Shown here in pieces: positions 16,369 to 24,999 of a DNA stretch of 64,000 nt. The position numbers and the translations under genes are program-made. Source of the stretch: an uncultured delta proteobacterium (GTDB lineage: Bacteria > Myxococcota > UBA727 > VGSZ01); NCBI GenBank assembly GCA_963775425.1, contig CAVZJB010000005.1, forward strand, positions 544,001 to 608,000, given 5' to 3'. The notes below the pieces were generated by a model. It was given only the letters and a program-made list of their open reading frames with translations, was not told the DNA's origin and did no database searches. Position 1 is the stretch's first letter. Every line of letters begins with the position of its first letter.

Positions 16369-18681
16369 TCAGCTCCGGGCGTGGAACTTCTCGCCGCGCT
16401 TGGCCTTCTCCACGAGGAGGTCCGCCGGCTTGAAGCGCTTTCCGTAGCGAGCGGCGAAGCGCTCGAGCGTGGCCACCACCGCGGAGGCGCCGACGGTGTC
16501 GACGTAGCGGAAGGGTCCGCCCTTGGTCGGCGGGAAGCCGAGGCCGAAGACCGCGCCGACGTCGCCGTCGACCGGGCTCTCGAGGATGCCCTCCTGAAGG
16601 CACTGCACCGCCTCGTTCACCATGCGCAGGCCGATCCTCTCCTGCAGCTCGGCGAAGTCGCTCTCCGAGAGCTTCTTCGTCCCCGGCTTCACGCCGTGCT
16701 TGGCGAGGATCTCGATGGCGCCCGGGTTCAAGGGCTTGCCGCCCTTCTTGCCCGCGCCCATGGCCTTCTCCACGAGGTGGCGCGCCTTCTCCACGGCGCT
16801 CTCCTTGTGGTCCTTGTCGTAGAGGAAGAAGCCCTTGCCGGCCTTCCTGCCGATGAAGCCGGCCTTCACGAGCTCGTCGAGCGTGGTGCGATCGCGCGGC
16901 CCGAAGCGCGGCTCGAAGAACGGCGCCATGTCCTTGGACACGTGCGCCGCGACGTCGATGCCGACCTCGTCGAGGAGCGTGATGGGACCCACCGGGAAGC
17001 CCCACGCCTTCATGGCCCGGTCGATCTCGTAGAGGTCCACGCCCTCGAGCGCGCACTGCGCCGCCTCGTCCATCAACGGTCCGAGGACGCGCGACGTGTA
17101 GAAGCCGGGGCCGTCCTTCACGACGATCACGGTCTTGCCCTGCTTGATGCCCACGTCCACGGCCATGGCCGCGGCCTCCTTGGAGGTCTTCGGGTGCACG
17201 ATGACCTCGAGCAGTGGCATCTTGGGCACCGGCGAGAAGTAGTGCATGCCGACGATGTTCTCGGGGCGCTTGCTCGCCTCGGCCAGCTTGGTGATCGGCA
17301 GCGCCGACGTGTTGGACGCGATGACGCACTCGGGGCCGACGTGCTCCTCGACCTCCTTGATGATCTTGTGCTTCAGCCCGATGTCCTCGAACACCGCTTC
17401 GATGACGAGGTCACAGCGCTCGAAGCCCTTGTAGTCGGTCTTGGGCACCACCGACGAGAACGTGCGGTCCCGCTCGAAGGTGGTCATCGCCCGCGAGCGC
17501 ACGCGCTTGTCGAGGTCGCCGAAGATGGTCTTCTGCCCGCGCGCCACGGCCTCCACGTTCACGTCCTTCAAGAGCGTGCGCACGCCCTTGGTCACCGTGA
17601 CCTCCGCGATGCCCGCGCCCATCAGGCCGGCGCCGAGCACGCCGACGGTCTGCGCCTGGTGCTTGGGCTTGCCGAAGCGGTTCTTCTTGAGCGCGGTCTG
17701 CGCGAAGAACAGCGAGATGAAGCTCGCCGCCTCCTTGGACATGGCGAGCTCGCCGAAGCGGCGGCTCTCCTCGGCGAGGCCGTGCTCCATCCCCTTGGAG
17801 ACGCCGGCCTCGACGACGTCGATGATGGCGAGCGGCGACGGGTAGAGCCCGCCGGTCTTCTCCATCACCTGCGCGCGCGCCTGACGAAACAGGATGGCGC
17901 GGCCGGCGGGGTTGTCCTCGAGCGCGGCCTCCATGGCGCGCTTGGCCGCCGACTGCTTCGGCTCGCGGCGCGTGAGCGTCCCGTCGATCAGGCGCTTGCA
18001 CACGGTGACGGCAGCGTCCTCGAGGCCGTACGGCACGGTGACGGCGTCGACGAGGCCCATCCGCTTGGCCTTCTGCGCGCGGATGTTCTTGCCGGTGAGC
18101 ATCATGTCGAGCGCGTTCTGCACGCCGACCAACGCGGGCAGGCGCTGGGTGCCGCCGCCGCCGGGGAGGAGGCCGAGCATGACCTCGGGCAGCCCGAGCA
18201 CCGTCTTCGGCTGATCGGTGCAGATGCGGTAGTGGCACGCGAGCGCGATCTCGAGCCCGCCGCCGAGCGCGGCGCCGTTGATGGCGGCCACCACCGGCTT
18301 GCCGCTCTTCTCCATCTTGTCGAGCTGCTCCTGCATGTTGCGCGAGAGGCGCTCCACCTCGTGCGCGGTCTTGCACTTCTGCAGCATGGCGACGTCGGCG
18401 CCCGCGATGAAGTCGGGCTTGCCCGAGATGAGCACGGCGCCCTTGATGGACGGATCGGACTCGACGCGCTCGAACGCCGCCTGCAGGCCGTGCGTGGACG
18501 CCTCGTTCAGCGTGTTCTGTTTCTCGTTGGGCACGTCGAAGGTGATGACGGCGACGCCGCCGTCCCTCACGGTGACGCTGACGGCCTCGGCTTCGATCCT
18601 GCCGCCGATGGTGTTGTTGGTCACGGGAGCCTCGTCGGTGCCCTTGGGCTTCTTGGTGGGCGTGGTGGTCTGCGTGGTCAT
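16369..18681 (-). CDS. fadJ: Fatty acid oxidation complex alpha subunit (enoyl-CoA hydratase/3-hydroxyacyl-CoA dehydrogenase)
   Basis: FIAGAD, ALGGGLE, LGLPEV, VLGAGLMGAGIA, ASNTSALPI, GMHYFSPV, FGLGFPP. Confidence 0.93.
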   Translation of the reverse strand: MTTQTTTPTKKPKGTDEAPVTNNTIGGRIEAEAVSVTVRDGGVAVITFDVPNEKQNTLNEASTHGLQAAFERVESDPSIKGAVLISGKPDFIAGADVAMLQKCKTAHEVERLSRNMQEQLDKMEKSGKPVVAAINGAALGGGLEIALACHYRICTDQPKTVLGLPEVMLGLLPGGGGTQRLPALVGVQNALDMMLTGKNIRAQKAKRMGLVDAVTVPYGLEDAAVTVCKRLIDGTLTRREPKQSAAKRAMEAALEDNPAGRAILFRQARAQVMEKTGGLYPSPLAIIDVVEAGVSKGMEHGLAEESRRFGELAMSKEAASFISLFFAQTALKKNRFGKPKHQAQTVGVLGAGLMGAGIAEVTVTKGVRTLLKDVNVEAVARGQKTIFGDLDKRVRSRAMTTFERDRTFSSVVPKTDYKGFERCDLVIEAVFEDIGLKHKIIKEVEEHVGPECVIASNTSALPITKLAEASKRPENIVGMHYFSPVPKMPLLEVIVHPKTSKEAAAMAVDVGIKQGKTVIVVKDGPGFYTSRVLGPLMDEAAQCALEGVDLYEIDRAMKAWGFPVGPITLLDEVGIDVAAHVSKDMAPFFEPRFGPRDRTTLDELVKAGFIGRKAGKGFFLYDKDHKESAVEKARHLVEKAMGAGKKGGKPLNPGAIEILAKHGVKPGTKKLSESDFAELQERIGLRMVNEAVQCLQEGILESPVDGDVGAVFGLGFPPTKGGPFRYVDTVGASAVVATLERFAARYGKRFKPADLLVEKAKRGEKFHARS

Positions 18682-18698
18682 GGGGATCACCTTCGGCT

Positions 18699-20018
18699 TC
18701 AGCGGGCGGGGGAGGGGTTTTCGAGGAGGATGGCGTTGCCGTGGCCGCCGGCGGCGCAGCCGGTGACGACGGCGAAGCGCTCGCCGGTGACCTCGAGGCG
18801 GCGCGTGGCCGTGGTCAGCAGGCGGCCGCCGGTGGCGCCGAAGGGGTGGCCGATGGAGAGGGAGCCGCCCCACACGTTGATCTTCTCGAGGGGGACGTCG
18901 ACGGCGCCGATCCGGGCGCCCGCGCGCTCCTCGACGAACTTGCGATCGGACAGGAGCTTGAGGTTGGCCACCACCTGCGCCGCGAACGCCTCGTGGATCT
19001 CCCACACGCCGACGTCCTTGGGCGACAGGCCGTTGCGCTCGAGCAGCTTGGGCACCGTGAGCGCGGGGCCCGCGAGCAACTCCTCGAGGGGATCGCCGCC
19101 GGCGTAGACGTAGTCGCGCACGACGCTGCGCGGGGTGAAGCCGAGGCGGTCGGCGGCCTCGCGCGCCATCAGGATGACGGCCGAGCCGCCGTCGGTGAGG
19201 AAGCTCGACGACGCCGCCGTGATGAGGCCGAATTCCTTGTCGAACGCGGGCTTCAGCGTGGCGAGCGTCTCGAGCGTAGAGTCGCCGCGCGGCCCGTCGT
19301 CCTTGGCGACGAGCTCCATGCCCGGCGGCACGGGGACGCTCAGCACCTCGTCGGCGTAGCGGCCCTCCTTGGTGGCGCGGTCGGCGAGCACGTGGCTGCG
19401 CACGGCGAATTCGTCGCTCTCCTTGCGCGTGACGCCGAGGCGCTTGGCCATGCGCTCGCAGCTCTGGCCCATGGTGAGGCCGGTGGAGAACTCCGCCGCC
19501 GACGGGATGTCGGGGATGATGTCGGCGGGCTCGAGCTCCTTGAAGATGTCGAGCCAGGCGGCGGCGCCCCTGGCCTTCTGCATCTTCACGAGCGCCTGGC
19601 GCAGCGCCTTCGACAGGCGGATGGGCGGATCGGAGAGCGACTCGGCGCCGCCGGCGATGCCGACGTCGACGCGGCCGAGGTTGATCTGATCGACCACGGT
19701 GGTGGCGGCGAGGTTGGCGGACACGCACGCGAGCGTGGTGGTGTACGCGGGTGTGGTTACGGGCACGCCGGCGCCGAGCATGCTCTCGCGGGCGATGTTC
19801 GAGGTGCGCGGATCCTGGACCACGGTGCCCATGGCGACGACGTCGACGCTCTTCGGATCCAGGCCGCTCTTGGCGAGCACGCCGGCGATGGCGATGCGGC
19901 CGAGATCGTGGGCCATCAGGTCTTTGAAGGCGCCGTTGCTCTTGCAGAAGGGCGTGCGCGCGCCGTCGACGAAGACGGCCTCGCGGCCGGCGGGGAGGGA
20001 GGGGGGCTTCGTGGTCAT
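18699..20018 (-). CDS. fadI: Acetyl-CoA C-acyltransferase (FadI-type thiolase)
   Basis: RTPF, catalytic ACVSAN, HEAFA, GHPFGATG, CAAGGHG. Confidence 0.93.
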   Translation of the reverse strand: MTTKPPSLPAGREAVFVDGARTPFCKSNGAFKDLMAHDLGRIAIAGVLAKSGLDPKSVDVVAMGTVVQDPRTSNIARESMLGAGVPVTTPAYTTTLACVSANLAATTVVDQINLGRVDVGIAGGAESLSDPPIRLSKALRQALVKMQKARGAAAWLDIFKELEPADIIPDIPSAAEFSTGLTMGQSCERMAKRLGVTRKESDEFAVRSHVLADRATKEGRYADEVLSVPVPPGMELVAKDDGPRGDSTLETLATLKPAFDKEFGLITAASSSFLTDGGSAVILMAREAADRLGFTPRSVVRDYVYAGGDPLEELLAGPALTVPKLLERNGLSPKDVGVWEIHEAFAAQVVANLKLLSDRKFVEERAGARIGAVDVPLEKINVWGGSLSIGHPFGATGGRLLTTATRRLEVTGERFAVVTGCAAGGHGNAILLENPSPAR

Positions 20019-20049
20019 CGGATCACCTCGGAGGCAGGCCTACCGATCG

Positions 20050-20065
20050 TTGACTTTCGTGTCAA
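20050..20065. promoter_or_regulatory. TTGAC-N6-GTCAA operator upstream of fadI
   Basis: TTGACTTTCGTGTCAA, 31 bp upstream of the fadI ATG. Confidence 0.65.
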
Positions 20066-20138
20066 TCGCCTTTGACGCATCGGGTCGAACGCACGCCCGG
20101 TTTCAGCGGGCTTGCCCGACGCGTTGCGTTATGCTAGG

Positions 20139-20154
20139 TTGACATTCAAGTCAA
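20139..20154. promoter_or_regulatory. TTGAC-N6-GTCAA operator upstream of the acyl-CoA dehydrogenase
   Basis: TTGACATTCAAGTCAA, 33 bp upstream of the ATG at 20188. Confidence 0.65.
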
Positions 20155-20187
20155 ACGTCCTCCTGAAGAAAACGACCGAGGGAAACG

Positions 20188-22008
20188 ATGTCGAACGCGC
20201 CGCACTACAAGTCCAATCTGCGTGACGTCTTCTTCAACCTGTTCGAAGTGCTCGACATCGAGAAGAGCACGCTCGGGCAGGGACAGTTCACGTCCATGGA
20301 CGGCGCGACCGCTCGTGAGATGCTGGTGAACCTCGAGAAGCTGGCCACCAACGAGCTCGCGGCCTCCTTCGTCGAGGGCGATCGCACGCCGCTCAAGCTC
20401 GACGCCGAGGGCAACGTCACGCTGCCCGAGGGGATCAAGAAGTCGCTGGCGGCGTGGTTCGAGGGCGAGTGGCACCGCCTGGAGATCCCCGAGCGGCTCG
20501 ACGGCTACGGCGCGCCGCCGTCGGTGTGTTGGGCGGGCATGGAGCTCACCACCGGCGCCAACCCGGTCACCACGTTCTACCAGTTCGGCTCCTTCGTCTC
20601 GCGCATCGTCGACGCCCTCGGCACCGAGTCGCAGAAGAAGCTCTTCGTGAAGAACGCCATCGAGCGCCGCTGGGGCGGGACCATGCAGCTCACCGAGCCC
20701 AACGCGGGCTCCGACGTCGGCGAAGGCAAGACCAAGGCGCGCCACGTCGAGGGCGACGTCTGGGAGCTCGAAGGCACCAAGTGCTTCATCACCAACGGCG
20801 ACTTCGACTTCGCCGAGAACATCGTGCACCTCGTGCTCGCCCGCCCCGAGGGACACGGCGTCGGCACCAAGGGCCTGTCGCTGTTCATCGTGCCCAAGCT
20901 CCACGTCAACGACGACGGCAGCCTCGGCGAGAGAAACGGCATCAAGGTCGTGTCCATCGAGAAGAAGATGGGCATCAAGGCCTCCGCCACCTGCGTCATG
21001 GAGCTCGGCGGAGACAAGCCCTGCCGCGGCTACCTGATGGGCGAGGTGCACGACGGCATCCGCCAGATGTTCAAGGTCATCGAGCAGGCGCGCATGTCCA
21101 TCGGCGTCAAGTCCATGGCCACGCTGTCGACGGCGTACCTGAACGCGCTCGCGTACGCGAAGGACCGCGTCCAGGGCCCCGACCTGTTGAAGGCGAGCGA
21201 CAAATCCTCGCCGCGCGTGCGCATCATCGAGCACCCCGACGTGCGGCGCATGCTGATGCTGCAGAAGTGCATGGCCGAGGGCATGCGCGCGCTCGTCATG
21301 TACAACGCGGGGCTTCAAGACCAGATCGACATCAAGGGCGGCCACGGCGCGCCCGAGGCGCGCGAGCTCGACAAGCGCAACGATCTCCTGCTCCCGCTCA
21401 TCAAGGGCTTCTGCAGCGAGAAGGCGTACGAGCTGTTGGCGACGTCGCTGCAGGTCTTCGGCGGCTCCGGCTACACGCAGGACTGGCCCATCGAGCAGTA
21501 CATCCGCGACCAGAAGATCGACACGCTCTACGAGGGGACCACGCACATCCAGGCGCTCGACCTCGTCTTCCGCAAGATCGCGCGCGACAACGGCCAGACC
21601 ATGATGACCCTGCTGGGCGAAGTGCAGCAGCTCGCCGAGGGTACCGACGGCGGCGACGAGCTCAAGGGCGAGCGCGAGGCGCTCGCCAAGGCGCTCGGCC
21701 AGCTCCAGGGCATCTTCGGCGTGATGCTCCCGCGCATGGGCGAGTCCCTCTATCACGTCGGCCTGTACGCAAACCGCATCCTCTTCTCGTTCACCGAGGT
21801 GCTGATCGGCTGGCTCTTGCTGAAGCACGCCGTGGTGGCGCTGAAGAAGCTGCCGGAGGCGTCGGTCACGGACAAGCGCTTCTATGAGGGCAAGATCGCG
21901 AGCGCCCGCTTCTACATGAAGGAAGTGCTGCCCGAGGTCGCGCTGCACAAGAAGATCATTGAGGGCGGCGACCTTTCCTTGATGGAGCTGTCCGAAGACG
22001 TCTTCTGA
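20188..22008 (+). CDS. Large acyl-CoA dehydrogenase (FadE5/DmdC-like)
   Basis: MQLTEPNAGSDVG, GTKCFIT, KGLSLFIVPK, IIEHPDVRRML, YEGTTHIQALDL. Confidence 0.93.
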   Translation: MSNAPHYKSNLRDVFFNLFEVLDIEKSTLGQGQFTSMDGATAREMLVNLEKLATNELAASFVEGDRTPLKLDAEGNVTLPEGIKKSLAAWFEGEWHRLEIPERLDGYGAPPSVCWAGMELTTGANPVTTFYQFGSFVSRIVDALGTESQKKLFVKNAIERRWGGTMQLTEPNAGSDVGEGKTKARHVEGDVWELEGTKCFITNGDFDFAENIVHLVLARPEGHGVGTKGLSLFIVPKLHVNDDGSLGERNGIKVVSIEKKMGIKASATCVMELGGDKPCRGYLMGEVHDGIRQMFKVIEQARMSIGVKSMATLSTAYLNALAYAKDRVQGPDLLKASDKSSPRVRIIEHPDVRRMLMLQKCMAEGMRALVMYNAGLQDQIDIKGGHGAPEARELDKRNDLLLPLIKGFCSEKAYELLATSLQVFGGSGYTQDWPIEQYIRDQKIDTLYEGTTHIQALDLVFRKIARDNGQTMMTLLGEVQQLAEGTDGGDELKGEREALAKALGQLQGIFGVMLPRMGESLYHVGLYANRILFSFTEVLIGWLLLKHAVVALKKLPEASVTDKRFYEGKIASARFYMKEVLPEVALHKKIIEGGDLSLMELSEDVF

Positions 22009-22036
22009 GCCGAGCCCGGCGGGCACCGGCAACGTC

Positions 22037-22100
22037 CACGGCGACGGGTCGTCAGACGTGGGATGAGCCGTCGCGAACGGCACGGCGCCGGGTCGTCAGA
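22037..22100 (+). repeat. Two 20-bp direct repeats CACGGCG(A/C)CGGGTCGTCAGA, 44-bp period
   Basis: 22037-22056 and 22081-22100, 19/20 identical, intergenic. Confidence 0.7.
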
Positions 22101-22176
22101 GTCGTCGTCGCTTCGAGCGTCCGGGCGTGAGGCGCCGCGTTGGCGCGGGCGATGCTGCGTCGGCGGCGGAGGCCTC

Positions 22177-22680
22177 ATGCTCTTCCTCGTGTTTCTCGTC
22201 GCCGCCCAGACGGAGCCCGGCTTCGCCGTCACCCCGGGCGAGGGGTCACCGCCGGTCGTGTGGAGCGCAAACGCACACGGGTTGTCCCGCTGGAGCGTCG
22301 AGCTGTCGACGCCGCCCGGGAGGTGCGCGCGCGCGGACGTAGACCTCGAGCCCGGCGGGGGGCACGCGAGCGTGCTGTCCGCGTGTGGCGCGGGGGAGTC
22401 GGGCGCTGTGGAGCTCACCCCGCTCTCGCTCGGTGACGACGTCGCCATCGTCCTGCGCGCGCGCGGCGGCGCCTCGTCGTCGCTCGTGGTGCTCGCGCCG
22501 CTGTGCGGATCCCTGGTGCGCCTCGACCTCGGCACGGACGTGGTGCGCCCGAGCCAGGGCGCGTACGGCCCCGCGCCCTACGACCGCGTGGTGAGCGCGA
22601 CGGCGCACACCATCCGCGTCGTCGGCGCGCAGCCTTCCACCTGGCGCGTGGACGGGTGCGGCTTCCGCCAGGAAGAGTGA
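22177..22680 (+). CDS. Hypothetical exported protein
   Basis: GGAGG RBS, short hydrophobic N-terminus, four Cys. Confidence 0.55.
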   Translation: MLFLVFLVAAQTEPGFAVTPGEGSPPVVWSANAHGLSRWSVELSTPPGRCARADVDLEPGGGHASVLSACGAGESGAVELTPLSLGDDVAIVLRARGGASSSLVVLAPLCGSLVRLDLGTDVVRPSQGAYGPAPYDRVVSATAHTIRVVGAQPSTWRVDGCGFRQEE

Positions 22681-22745
22681 CGCGTCCTTCCGGCCGCGAG
22701 GCCGCCGGATGTGCGCGCGGGGCCACGACGTGGGATTGTCCCCGG

Positions 22746-24752
22746 ATGCCGGTCCGCGGGATCCCCAGGCGCGTGCCCCAGAAGGTGTCGTCGCCGCACG
22801 TCGAGCACGTCGCGCCGCATGTCGCGCCGCACGTCGAGCCGAAGGCCATCGGCGCAGGGCCGGGGCACCGGCCGACGCTCCCGGTCACCGGCAACGACGA
22901 GCCGCGCGATCGGGCGTTCGCGTCGGTGGGCATCCACCCCGCCGGTCACAAGAGCCCCGCGCTCGATCTCGAGGCCATCCTCGCGGCGCCCGAGGATCGC
23001 AGGGACACGCTCCTGTGGCGCTTCATCGGCAACGCCGCGCTGCGCGCGGGCCTCGCGCTCGGCGCGAGCCAGACCCGGCTGCCGGCGTCGCTGACGGTCA
23101 CGAGGCCCGGGCTGCGCATGAGCACCGACGACGGGCGCGTCGTCGTCGTCACGCTCGACGGCGAGACCCGCGCGATCGATACGGTCGCCGCCCACGCCGG
23201 CGACGCCGCCTTCGCCTTGCGCGCGCTCGATCGCGCCCTGGTGCGTGACGGCGAGGTCGACGCCGGCGCCGCCGCGTTCTTCCTGCCGCTGTTCGGCCCC
23301 GACGGCGCCTTCGTGCGCGGACGCGCGCGCGGGCTCCCCGACGACGCCCTGTTCGCGCGCCCCAAGCTCGTGTGCTGGGACTTCAACGGCACCGTCGAGC
23401 GCTTCGACGACGGCCGCACGCGCGCCGATCTCCCGGGCAGCACGGCGTGCCTGCGGCGGCGCGGCGGCGTGTGCGTGCTCACCACGACGATGCGGCCCGA
23501 GAAGCCGGAGCTCTTCCTCGAGAGCCACGGCGTCTCTTTCGTCGCGCACTACGGTGACAAGCAGGTCCGCCCGACGAGCGGGAACAAGGCGTACGCCGGC
23601 GTCGCGCGCGCCCACGGCGTCGATCCCGCGGAGGCCCGGCACGTCATGGCCGTCTTCGGCGACAGCCGGACCGACGCGCCGCAGGACCTGCCCGGCGTGC
23701 TCTTCTTCCACAACGACGCCGCCACGCCCGCGCCCGCCGTCGAGCTGCTCCTCGCGGAGCTCGACCGCCGCGGGCGCGGCTCCCTCGCCGACGGGCTCGT
23801 CGCGCTGCTCGACGGGCTCCCGGCCACCGGGGAGAACAAGCGCGCGTCGGTGGGGCCCGTCTCCTTCGTCGTGGAGCTGAGAGACACCGGCACGCCCGAC
23901 GCGCCGTGCCTCGTCCCCACGGTGCACGAAGTCGCAGTGCACCACACCGTCGACGAGCTCGTCCGCGTGCTCCGGAAGATGCCGCCGCCGAGCAAGCTCG
24001 ACGCGCGCGCGCTCTACCGCCTCGCGCTCGAGGATCTCGCCGACGGCTTCCCCCTCGCGGACGTCCCCGCGGTGCTCCGCGGCGTGGCGGGCCACCGCGG
24101 TGCGCGCGCCGTGCGCGCCGCCGTAAACCGCCGTCTCGCGTGGCACGACGAGGCGACGGCGCGCGCGCGCGAAGAGCTGCTCGACAAGACGCCCCCGTGG
24201 GTGCGCAAGCCCACCGCCGTCGACGACCTCCTGCGCCGGCTGCGCGCGCTCGTCGAGCTCGGCGATCCGGCGCTGGCGTCGCGCGCCCAGGCCGTCGCGC
24301 GCGAGCTCGTCGACGACGCGAGCGCGGCCGAGCGCGACATGCTCGCGTCCATCGCCGCGCACGCGCGCAGCTTGCGCGCGCACGTGAAGAAGGCGCAGAA
24401 GGCGGCGCTGCCGCTGGCGCCGGGGGCGCCGCCGCCGGACCCGCGCATCCCGCTCCTCGAGGCGGTCGCTCGCGACCCCGTGCCGTACGACCCCGAGCGA
24501 CAGGCGCAGCAGATCGAAGCGATCGACGCGATCCTGACGAGCGGCCCGCTCGTCGGGAGCGCGCCGCTCCTCAAGCGCATCCTCGAACGGCTCGACGAGA
24601 AGCTGCCCAAGGAGCGCAAGACCCTCCGCAAGCGCTTCGCCGCGCGCCGCGATCGAGCCGACGAGATCCTGGCTGCGGCCGCCGGCGCCGACGACGTCGC
24701 CGCGCGTACGCCCACCGCGCTCGAGGCGGTGCGCGAGGCGCTCGAGCGCTGA
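22746..24752 (+). CDS. HAD-superfamily domain protein with N- and C-terminal extensions
   Basis: HAD motifs VCWDFNGTV (I), LTT (II), GNK (III), FGDSRTD (IV); helical C-terminal half. Confidence 0.7.
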   Translation: MPVRGIPRRVPQKVSSPHVEHVAPHVAPHVEPKAIGAGPGHRPTLPVTGNDEPRDRAFASVGIHPAGHKSPALDLEAILAAPEDRRDTLLWRFIGNAALRAGLALGASQTRLPASLTVTRPGLRMSTDDGRVVVVTLDGETRAIDTVAAHAGDAAFALRALDRALVRDGEVDAGAAAFFLPLFGPDGAFVRGRARGLPDDALFARPKLVCWDFNGTVERFDDGRTRADLPGSTACLRRRGGVCVLTTTMRPEKPELFLESHGVSFVAHYGDKQVRPTSGNKAYAGVARAHGVDPAEARHVMAVFGDSRTDAPQDLPGVLFFHNDAATPAPAVELLLAELDRRGRGSLADGLVALLDGLPATGENKRASVGPVSFVVELRDTGTPDAPCLVPTVHEVAVHHTVDELVRVLRKMPPPSKLDARALYRLALEDLADGFPLADVPAVLRGVAGHRGARAVRAAVNRRLAWHDEATARAREELLDKTPPWVRKPTAVDDLLRRLRALVELGDPALASRAQAVARELVDDASAAERDMLASIAAHARSLRAHVKKAQKAALPLAPGAPPPDPRIPLLEAVARDPVPYDPERQAQQIEAIDAILTSGPLVGSAPLLKRILERLDEKLPKERKTLRKRFAARRDRADEILAAAAGADDVAARTPTALEAVREALER

Positions 24753-24909
24753 AAGGCTGACGAAAAACAAGGCTCGTCGCAGCACTCGGCGAAGCCGCCC
24801 ACAAGGTGGCTCGCCGCGCGGAGTACGTGGTCCGCCCGGTATCGCAGCAGCGCCTCGGGCCCCCCGTGGGCGCCTCGCCGCAGCCGCACGCGACACCGAT
24901 CACGAGCCC
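24746..24909. repeat. Structured dispersed element, copy 1 (REP/MITE-like or ncRNA)
   Basis: 24746-24830 matches 27430-27506; nested arms GGCTCGT/ACGAGCC, GGCGA/TCGCC, CGCCCAC/GTGGGCG. Confidence 0.7.
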
Positions 24910-24999
24910 TCCGAGCGACACCCAATTCCGCGTCATGAGACCTCCGCCTCGGGGAACGCAAGGGGCGGGCCATGTCGTCGGCGGTGGCGTGCGTGTGGC

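Noticed and set aside
22037-22100. Mini CRISPR array
   Set aside because: Only two short repeats, no cas genes or leader
24756-24800. CTGACGA as a hammerhead ribozyme core (also at 27441)
   Set aside because: No conserved GAAA after a stem II (GAAG in one copy, GACG in the other)
24571-24936. Minus-strand ORF with RBS and lipoprotein-like start (MTRNWVSLGGLVIGVACGC)
   Set aside because: Runs through the palindromic element and antisense into the HAD gene; cannot be supported as a gene
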